Source: Setoptus koraiensis
Taxonomy: Eukaryota; Animalia; Arthropoda
Assembly (NCBI GenBank): GCA_048013815.1
Contig: CM106586.1
Coordinates: 18,104,001 to 18,168,000 of the forward strand
Length of the DNA stretch: 64,000 nt
Direction: 5' to 3'
The notes beneath the pieces were generated by a model, which was not told the origin of the DNA, did no database searches, and saw only the letters and a program-made list of their open reading frames with translations. The position numbers and the translations under genes are program-made. Positions 25,401 to 33,272 of the stretch are shown here, one piece after another (within the stretch, counting starts at the first letter, position 1; every line of letters starts with the position of its first letter).

Positions 25401-28400
25401 TGATTCAGTGACTGCCTGTCAGTCCTCGGGTAACAGGGCAAGTGTCTGGTCAGAGTTTATTTGCATCGCGATCATGCTTGTTTGTCGCTCGCTCGAACAC
25501 AATTTTGGACACATTCTGACTGATGTCGCATACTTGCCGCTACTAATGAACTCAACCCCTCTTTTCGACGGCCCACAGGCAAGGTGATATAGATAGTTTG
25601 GATGGCAGCAACAAGATAAATTCGCTGTTCAAGACGGCTAACCAAATGCGACAGCAAAACATGAATAGTCAAAATCAATTTCAACAACAGGAAAATCAAC
25701 ACTTCTTTCAGGAGTACACATTTAAAAAGATAGCCGCCTGCGATGTTTGCCGCGAATTCCTCAGAGGTAAGCCAGCCATCGCCTTAATTGGCCTCACTAA
25801 TTAATTAGCTGACCAGCAAAACAGCTGTTCAGTTGATTAGCTAATAGACTAGCTAATCAACTAACAACTATCATCATTATAACTACTCGACTGACGCTTA
25901 ACCCGCAATTATTGACAATTAATAAATGTGCCCCTCCAATTGTCACCTAGGTCACCTGAGACAGGGTATGAAGTGCAAGCTGTGCAAAATGAGTTGTCAC
26001 GCCGATTGCCAGAACAAAGCACACGCAACAATTAAGTGCCAGGTAGGTGCCAGCGATTAACTAACAACTAATTGGAATAATTTGAGAGAGATAATAATCG
26101 ACAATTGTTCTGCTGTTGTTGGCCCCTTCCACTGACCACATATATGAAAAAAAAAAATTCTTTTGATTAGCAACCAAAAATGAAATTGTTGCGCCGACAA
26201 AAGTCCGCTTCGGAATTGGAGGTGGGCAATTCGGACGTTGAAGAAACAACAGAAAGTAAGTATACGCATGCGAGATATTAATGAAATAATAACCACATGA
26301 TGCCAGATAATTTATGACATTGCAATTATCATTGTTACGTCACGCCACATGAATGGTGAACAATAATTAGGGTCCTCAAGTTCCTCGCAGAAGCCGGACG
26401 GCATTTACCAGTTAATAAGACAGGCCCTGGAGGCGAAAAGAAACAACACTCTCAATACGGGTAAGCCACGGGTTGTGTCGGATATTCGCGATACCAGACC
26501 ATCGTCCGATGGCAATTGCATTGACATTGAATCTAATTGTACCCCTATCTTCATATAATGCCCATTGTATGCCCTGTGAGTCTAGGTCGCGATGAATCAA
26601 ATTTCTGTGAGTATCCCCATCTCTGTCGGGTCTTGCCATTCTCACCTGTTCATTTATCGCCGATCGCCTCTCAAATGGCCCCGACCGTTTTCGGCCGACG
26701 AACACGCTAACACCACCCACTAACATTTGCCCACTAACTCTGCCCCACCCCCCCACTAACACGTCCAATAACAATAATAACATGCCCTCCAACATACCCG
26801 CCACCATACCCGCCAACACCGCGTCGAGCAGCCAGCAACCAGTTCACCAATAGCCACTACCTCAATCCGGGCCAGGGCATGTACGGCGCGGGCAGCCACA
26901 CCCTCAACTTGAGCACCGGCAACTTGGCGCTGGCCAATCACAATGGCAAAAGTGTTAGCACTTCCGCTTTGGGAACCACCGGACTAACGGTAGACAGATG
27001 GGCGGTTGTGATGGATCTGTTGGCCCAGTCGCGTCAACAAAACAGCAGCGGTGGCTCGTCGGGCGGCGGGCCCGGCTCACAGGGCGCTCAGTCGGGCGGT
27101 GCGACGGGCGGCCCGGGCGCCAACCCAAACGGGCCCCTGTCCGACAATAACTCAACTAACAATGGCAACGCCGGCGGCGCGGGCAACAATCAACAGCAGA
27201 CGGTCACGAATCACGGCAGCGAGCATTTGGGCGACGGAAGCGGACAAAACAATCAAAAGCGTCACAGCAAACAATTGGACAAATTTAAATTGGCTGCCAA
27301 GTCTGTGACGAAACATCAGCGCCACTACAACACGTACACTAAACAACAGCAACCACAACAACAACAGCAACAACAACAACAACTGCAATCGTCGCAAACT
27401 CTCTCGGCGCCCGCCATGTCAAACCCGAACAGAAACGGCAATAATCAAACAGGAAACCAGCAACAAATGTCGGTGACGGTACAGCAGCACAACGGCGGCG
27501 CCGGCAGCAACCAGCCCGGCGCGCCCCCACCTGTTGTTGGCCAATATTCGCATCATCATCATTTGCAGCCAACGGGCAACGCGCTTGATCCGTATGCCGG
27601 CCATCATTTGCATCAGACGCAATCGTTGCCCCTGAGCGCGGTATCGCCACAAACTGACCCCAGTTCCGGTCTCAACATACCCAATTTAATGGTCAACACA
27701 ATGGTGATGGGCGGCGCGGGCGGCCAAAATCCGCAAGCCGGGCCCCCCGGTCCCGGCGTTCGGGTACAGGTGAGCCAGGGCGGATCGGGACCCATAGTGC
27801 CGCCCATGTCGAGATCCAGTCAGCAAGCTAACGCGCTCACTGGCTCCCAGTCGAATTTAACCGGCGCCGGACCGTACATGCTGTCCGTGAGCCAGCAACA
27901 GAACCAGGCCTCGTCCACCTCAGGTACTAGCAAATCTTTTGACACTTGTTCTGACCATTGGTCACTGCTTCGGTGCCAATTGGGCATCGGCGTACACTCG
28001 AGCTAATGAGTGACCCGGTAGAGTAGTCTTGGCTGCCCACTGGCTTGCCGCTTGATTGATTTCTCGTGAATGCTGCTACTGCTGCTGCCTCTGCCGCCCG
28101 GACGGCAAACTAAAAAATAACCGTTTGTTTTTAGTTTAATCAAATTTTTTTTTTTCAAAATTTAAATAATCTAACCATAACGATAGATATGACCTGAATT
28201 AACCTGAATTTTGCTATTCTACTCATTCACCTTATGTGTATGATTTTGTTTGCTCATACGCGCACAACTACATGCTATATGCTGTATTTCGAACGATACA
28301 ATTCACCTCATCACCATGACGACAACGCGATAATTGAATGCCAATCATTATTTATGCCACTATCGTGAATATTCAATGAATCAACTCACGCTCACGAATT

Positions 28401-30455
28401 ATTTATACGCTTCTCTATGTTTAAATACATGTCGTGTGTGTGTGTACGTGTGATTCTTGTTTGTTTGTTTGTTTGTTTGCGTCAACAGCACCGCATAGCC
28501 CCGAGCGACGAAAGTTCAGTTTGCGTATGAAAAGTTTCTCTTTAGACAGTCCAGAGAACCCCATTGGCCAGCAATCTGTTGGTATGCAACAACAGCAACA
28601 ACAACAGCACCAACAATCGCAACAGCAGCACCAACAATCGCAACAACAACAACAACAACAACATCATCAGCAGCTGCAAATGATGTATTCAAATGGCGAC
28701 AACAACAACCAGTTTAATTCTAACATGATGACCACTCACTTGAACAGTTTGCATATCAACGGCTCACAATATCATCAGCATTATCAGCCGTCAACAAGTG
28801 GCCCAAGCGGCCAAGCCAACGAGCTTACAACGGTACAAAATCAAATGATAAACTCTCATACGACCAACACTGGCTCTAATAATGCACACAGTATTGTTGT
28901 GCAACAACAATCTAATAAGGTCAATGTGACCTCGAATGCTCAAATCAATTGTACAAGCTCGTCGGGATCGTCATTGGGTCAAATGAGCCAACACAATGCA
29001 GCAATTCAAGATAGCGATTGTAAGTCACTACAACTACAACTACACTACCACTATCGCTACCTGTGCGCGTATATTTGTGATGATCGTTGTGAGATTGATT
29101 GCGGTTACTTAATTACTGGCGACAGAAACGCAACAAAGATTGGAATCAATTCATCATTGATCCATCGAAATCCAACCAAAATGGCCGTCGACAACAACTA
29201 CTACTGCAACACAATCGCTTCTCCGCTGGTTTGGGCAAAATAAATTGAGTTGATTGTATCAATTAGTCGATGGCTTCAAGAGGGCGAACACTTAATTTGC
29301 ATTGCCGCTTTATGTTTTGGTCTTGTTGTCTTGCAAATTGTAGTTAGTTGGCAGTAGTTGCCTGTAGCTGCTTATGTTGAACCCAAGTACACAAATTTAG
29401 TTTGACATGAGTCACCAGCTATATGAACAAACAAAAAATAGCATTATTACACAAGACAAGCATTGTCCACATAATAATATAACAATCTGACTGAATGACA
29501 AATTTAATTGATTGCTTTTCACGATCCATTCACACCTTATCATTCGCTAATTGTTAATCTTTCATCCCTTGCCATTCCATCCCAACATGGAACACAAACA
29601 ATACATAAACCGTTTTGTCAGACTATAATCTAAGTCTTGATATCGGTCATCATCATCAACCTGCCCATCAAATGCTGGATTTTGTCAATGTCGCCGATCA
29701 GCATTCGTCAGATTCGTCAACAGTAGTAGACCCCTTATCGAGCTCCGTATCATCACCCTGCCCATCGCCGGTAAGTACTATTGTTATTATACTTTTTTAC
29801 TTTACCTTGTATGTTTTATCAATCTGAAACAATACATTTTGTTCACACCGCTTTTTGATCTCCATTCCCACATGATTAATGAACCATGTATCAATCAATA
29901 CAAACACTAGCTACCCCAGCTGTCCTCGCATCGACTACTACCCCCCAACCTATATCTGGTGCTCTATGATTTCAGATCGAGACGCGGCGACGAGCTTGAT
30001 TTAACTTCTGGCCAGTTAATCACTGCCTTGGATACTAGCGACCGAGATTGGTGGAAGGGATGCTCGTCAGACGCTTCGAGGAGTGGCTTCTTTCCGGCCA
30101 ACTATGTCACCAAACTATACCCAAATGAGCGTCCGTTGCGCGTAGTTCAAACAATTCAAGTATCAAATGGCGAGACGTGCGAAAAATTGCTCAGAGACCA
30201 GGTAAATATCAATTAGATGCCCATTTGATATTTAACATTTTACTATTATTGTCTAGTAAACTGAAGTCACTGTTGAATCAATCACTTACGAGCTCCACCT
30301 TACTTTCTGTCTAATCATTCATTTTCCAGGTTGTTATTCATACAGGTGAGCATGTAGATGACGTAATAACAGTTAGAACAGGCATAGGAGAGACGCCCAA
30401 CAGATATATACAGTGCCCAGACAAATACCTACGTGAAGTTGATTCGGAGTTGTGA
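16222..30455 (+). CDS. Stacl: Stac-like (SH3 and cysteine-rich domain) gene, about 18 coding exons, about 1,400 aa: F-BAR-like region, coiled coil, C1, low-complexity linker, SH3-SH3
   Basis: Manual splicing from 16865 to 30455 gives one phase-consistent ORF with GT-AG introns. C1 domain HFFQEYTFKKIAACDVCREFLRGHLRQGMKCKLCKMSCHADC, canonical SH3 and a degenerate second SH3 give the STAC architecture. The 5' end is uncertain. Confidence 0.85.
16865..16956 (+). CDS. Stacl: Stac-like exon, F-BAR-like (QLSQLHDRFGHELQMLVENFRKRNGELRKER)
   Basis: tttttctcag acceptor, AG/gtaag donor, phase 0 to 2. Confidence 0.85.
17078..17300 (+). CDS. Stacl: Stac-like exon, F-BAR-like (SSCPSGLFQVWELLLQQVE...KADELLVK)
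   Basis: aacag acceptor, AAG/gtgagc donor, phase 2 to 0; WELLLQQV resembles the F-BAR helix motif. Confidence 0.9.
17523..17605 (+). CDS. Stacl: Stac-like exon (CYQDYNEAYQKALTNPAQYLSEYIAAH)
   Basis: tccag acceptor, gtgagt donor, phase 0 to 2. Confidence 0.9.
17705..17783 (+). CDS. Stacl: Stac-like exon (NVYVHQLHATNGMIQAYHTRALPKLLE)
   Basis: caacag acceptor, gtgagt donor; HNxYVxQL...Y...LP.LL resembles the Fes/Fer/FCHSD-type F-BAR motif. Confidence 0.9.
17822..17889. repeat. 17-bp intronic tandem array (ATGCGAATCCTCGCGCT), 4 copies
   Basis: Read directly; each unit contains GCGA-ATCC-TCGC. Confidence 0.95.
18036..18116 (+). CDS. Stacl: Stac-like exon (ELEECYLETSQSISNSLSESSEFFAEK)
   Basis: ttag acceptor, AAG/gtgagt donor, 81 nt, phase 0 to 0. 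Confidence 0.85.
18310..18573 (+). CDS. Stacl: Stac-like exon (SKEETVGYQTIANACKQV...DPINL)
   Basis: gcgcag acceptor, CTG/gtgagt donor, 264 nt. Confidence 0.85.
18601..18760. repeat. 10-bp intronic tandem array (TRWYCCGAAA-like), 16 copies
   Basis: tgttccgaaa / tattccgaaa / tgacccgaaa variants. Confidence 0.95.
18845..19386 (+). CDS. Stacl: Stac-like exon, coiled coil (TIVPLFNDE...KNKWIKAFKSLKD...GGQQR)
   Basis: ttccacag acceptor, AG/gtaagc donor; heptad coiled coil ERENLEKKIEKLEDGLESLVKIQ. Confidence 0.88.
23539..23580. repeat. Perfect 42-bp palindrome with (GC)9 core
   Basis: TTTTTTTCTTTT-(GC)9-AAAAGAAAAAAA. Confidence 0.95.
25579..25766 (+). CDS. Stacl: Stac-like exon, C1 domain N-half
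   Basis: cacag acceptor matches phase 2; HFFQEYTFKKIAACDVCREFLR; G/gtaagc donor. Confidence 0.92.
25951..26042 (+). CDS. Stacl: Stac-like exon, C1 domain C-half (GHLRQGMKCKLCKMSCHADCQNKAHATIKCQ)
   Basis: Completes the C1 zinc-ligand pattern; cctag acceptor, CAG/gtaggt donor. Confidence 0.93.
26171..26255 (+). CDS. Stacl: Stac-like exon (QPKMKLLRRQKSASELEVGNSDVEETTE)
   Basis: ttttgattag acceptor, gtaagt donor, phase 0 to 1. Confidence 0.85.
26371..26460 (+). CDS. Stacl: Stac-like exon (SSSSSQKPDGIYQLIRQALEAKRNNTLNT)
   Basis: ttag acceptor, G/gtaagc donor, phase 1 to 1. Confidence 0.8.
26586..26606 (+). CDS. Stacl: Candidate 21-nt symmetric microexon (GRDESNF)
   Basis: tctag acceptor and strong gtgagta donor; frame-preserving, phase 1 to 1. 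Confidence 0.55.
26832..27923 (+). CDS. Stacl: Stac-like exon, 364-codon N/Q/G/S-rich low-complexity region
   Basis: Open frame; GAG/CAG tandem acceptor (26829 or 26832); CAG/gtact donor, phase 1 to 1. Confidence 0.8.
28489..29019 (+). CDS. Stacl: Stac-like exon (APHSPERRKFSLRMKSFSLDSPE, then polyQ/N)
   Basis: (TTTG)n tract and caacag acceptor; gtaagt donor. Confidence 0.85.
29622..29770 (+). CDS. Stacl: Stac-like exon (YYNLSLDIG...SPCPSP)
   Basis: ttttgtcag acceptor, CCG/gtaagt donor, phase 1 to 0. Confidence 0.78.
29911..30201 (+). CDS. Stacl: Stac-like exon, SH3-1 and start of SH3-2
   Basis: YLVLYDFRSRRGDELDL...DRDWWKG...GFFPANYV is a canonical SH3; CAG/gtaaat donor. Confidence 0.93.
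30330..30455 (+). CDS. Stacl: Stac-like terminal exon, degenerate SH3-2 (VVIHTGEHVDD...CPDKYLREVDSEL, stop)
   Basis: ttttccag acceptor, TGA at 30453-30455. Confidence 0.88.
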   Translation, partial: VVIHTGEHVDDVITVRTGIGETPNRYIQCPDKYLREVDSEL

Positions 30456-30878
30456 TGTCATGTGATGTTATTATCGTTAACAGTGTAATGTAATTTACTG
30501 TTACGTAGTTTGAGATGCGAGCACTCAATTGTCGGTGTGTTCTTTGTTGACAATTATCGAGAGAAAGACAAAGACATGGGCACAGGTAGACAGTAATAAT
30601 GACTTTGTAAGAATCAAAATTGATCTTGTTGTTAGTCGTTTCAGATTGAATCGTGACAGGAACTAGCAATCCTTCACTTCGCACCACATTTGCTTTCCTC
30701 AATACATGGCGATAACGGTGTTACCGATTGTACCATCACACGCCGTTTGATAAAAAAACTGAGGATAAAATTGTAATATCCTCATATTGAGCACACTCAT
30801 TGTTAAATTAGGTTAGATATAATAAAATCGTCGAGCTTTCTTAGTTGAGCTCGGATTGTTGAAAACAAAACTACTTGG

Positions 30879-30884
30879 AATAAA
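30879..30884 (+). terminator. Candidate polyadenylation signal (AATAAA) of the Stac-like gene
   Basis: AATAAA about 425 nt after the stop codon. Confidence 0.4.
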
Positions 30885-31138
30885 TGAAACAAAAAAGAGA
30901 TCTACCTAGAACAAAACGTCTCACTGTCTTCAAAATTTTGTGCATCGCTATTTCCTTTTCTTTTCTGCCCCTATATAAATAGATCTCGATGAGAAACCGG
31001 TGGATTCTGTGATTAGTCCATTGAGTCATCAACAAGCACTATAACTCAATTTCCGCTGAGGCTGATCATGTGAGAATCGGCGCTATGTCACAATCTCCGT
31101 GTTAGTTCAATCAAACTCAATGCATATATTCTAATTGA

Positions 31139-31144
31139 TTTATT
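31139..31144 (-). terminator. Candidate polyadenylation signal (AATAAA) of PAN3
   Basis: TTTATT on + strand, 47 nt past the PAN3 stop. Confidence 0.5.
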
Positions 31145-31190
31145 ATTGAGTTGCTTCAGTTATAATGACACAAAAGAGAGCACTCGTCAG

Positions 31191-32708
31191 CTATTTTTGC
31201 AGATCGTTGAAAGCATTCTCAAAACATTTTTTGAGTTCGGCGAATGATACTACGAGTACGTGTTGTTCATCTCTGGATATTAAGCATATCTTTTCGGGGG
31301 ATCCAGAATCAAACTTCATGAGTGTAGATATAACGTGACCCATATCCAACCATGCTGAGCCATCCTCGTTAAGTTGATGAAATAAGTAATCGCGGAAAAG
31401 CTTCAACATATATCTGTCACCTGTTTCAGACCAATTGAGATCCATACGCAATTCAGGTCGTTCGTTGATCATCCCAAGCTTCACTAATACCCTAAGCAGT
31501 CTTCCATTCAAAACCTCTCTATCCAGATCCATCTGAATGCTATCGATTTTGTCATAGGCCAGATTGAGTTGAACGTAAAATCTTGCTCCTATCATTGGCA
31601 TAACATCGTTGATTGTTCGGTTCTGTTGTTTTATGGACAACAAAGTTACAATCAACGCTCTGAGGTCATTTGAGTAAGTTCTCGATACCAAATCAAGAGA
31701 TTGTTGACAATAATCTTTAGAGGCCGCACTTAAAGAGCTAGTGGCTAACGCTAGACACAATCTACCAAATGCAGCTAAATCATCTTGTTGGAGTTGTTGA
31801 TAGAACATTTTGCCGCTAGCCATCTGGATCGTTAGATCATGAGTAACAACGTCAAATAGGCCGCATGCGTTCAATCTTATCCTTGGGTATTGTGATGGCT
31901 GCAATTGTGATGGAGGACAATTTGGAACACTAGACGTCAATATGATTTTAGTTGGGTCAAATATCCTATAGGCTAGTCCGTGCGAGTGTATCAACCTGAG
32001 AGCAGAAGATATTTGTATTATATAATGCCACAATAAATTCTCTGGCAACAGCTTAGTTTTTAAAATAGCCTGCTGTTGACTGTATGGTCTATTTGCGGCT
32101 AATCTGTTTATGCCAACTGGTCCCGATGTTGGACTGGAATTAACAAAGTATTGTTGCATGAGTGTTGTCGCTTGCGGAAAATACGGATATACAAATACAA
32201 GAGAATTATCTCCAAAAGCTCTTGTGGTGAAAACTTGTAACAATTTTACAATATTTGCACATTGAATCTTTTTCCAAGCATCAATAGTATTTAGTAGAGA
32301 TTTTGAGTTAGCTGCATTGGGCTGGTATGAATGCACACGACGCATACAAACATATTGATTAGTCTCGATATTGGTGGCTCTATAAACGCTTTGTACAAAT
32401 CCAAATGTGTTAGATAGAATACTGTTATGGCCAGTCTGAAGCGGATATAAATAAGTATAATCTAGTACCCGTTCTGGTAATGATTCTAAGAGTTCGCTCT
32501 CTGTAGGCATGAGATTAGTATTGTTTGTGGTGGATGTCACATTCTGTCGTTGGAGTATTTCCTCTTTCAATTCGTTAGATTCTTCGCCCATGATGGTAGA
32601 TCCAGAATAGGTTACGGCTCCTGCCGAAGTTGGGTACGCCGAAGTATTTGGCTGTCCGGTGTAATACATTCTGTGTACGCCGTTGTATTCATCGCTGGAT
32701 TGTGACAT
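31191..32708 (-). CDS. PAN3: PAN2-PAN3 deadenylase subunit PAN3 (pseudokinase, coiled coil, C-terminal knob), intronless, 505 aa
   Basis: Motifs FTTRAFGDNSLVFVY, LLPENLLWHYIIQISSALRLIHSHGLA, GRLLRVLVKLGMINERPE, WSETGDRYMLKLFRDYLFHQ are diagnostic of PAN3. Confidence 0.97.
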   Translation of the reverse strand: MSQSSDEYNGVHRMYYTGQPNTSAYPTSAGAVTYSGSTIMGEESNELKEEILQRQNVTSTTNNTNLMPTESELLESLPERVLDYTYLYPLQTGHNSILSNTFGFVQSVYRATNIETNQYVCMRRVHSYQPNAANSKSLLNTIDAWKKIQCANIVKLLQVFTTRAFGDNSLVFVYPYFPQATTLMQQYFVNSSPTSGPVGINRLAANRPYSQQQAILKTKLLPENLLWHYIIQISSALRLIHSHGLAYRIFDPTKIILTSSVPNCPPSQLQPSQYPRIRLNACGLFDVVTHDLTIQMASGKMFYQQLQQDDLAAFGRLCLALATSSLSAASKDYCQQSLDLVSRTYSNDLRALIVTLLSIKQQNRTINDVMPMIGARFYVQLNLAYDKIDSIQMDLDREVLNGRLLRVLVKLGMINERPELRMDLNWSETGDRYMLKLFRDYLFHQLNEDGSAWLDMGHVISTLMKFDSGSPEKICLISRDEQHVLVVSFAELKKCFENAFNDLQK

Positions 32709-33272
32709 ATTACAATAATATTATATTATATATAATGATATATATTTATGTAATAACTGTGTATATACTGGATATATATATTTTTAAAAGGGCTCAGATG
32801 GCGTCATGTACGGGAGATGGACGTCTCGTTATAGAGCTGCCAATGGTAAAAAGAAAACACATATGCAATATGCATTGATACTGGTACACTGTGGTACCGA
32901 ACGTTCCAGTTTTTCCTTGCGCACAATGTGCGCATGCTCCCAATTCCCGTAGCGCCAAATACAATTGTTTTTTTGGAATTGTATTTGGCGCTGCAGCGAA
33001 CCGAGGCATGCGCAGATGACACGCAAGAAAAAACTAGAACGTCCGGGACTAACAGTGTCAGTACATAAACTGCTCATTCTATTTTCGCTATTCTTCTTTA
33101 CAACACTCGAGCTTCGACATTGACTGCTAAGACTTGTCTTACGTTACGCCATTTAAGCCGTTTTTACTTAGAATCACATCTATTCACATACATCCGTATA
33201 TATATATATATAAACATACATATATATATTTATATATGTTGATATATATATTTTTATACACACATACATAAT
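32709..33272. promoter_or_regulatory. Bidirectional promoter and 5' UTRs shared by PAN3 and Sirt1 (564 bp)
   Basis: Head-to-head genes; inverted TGCGCATGC/GCATGCGCA (NRF1/EWG-like) at 32929-32937 and 33006-33014; (TA)-rich blocks next to both ATGs. Confidence 0.7.
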
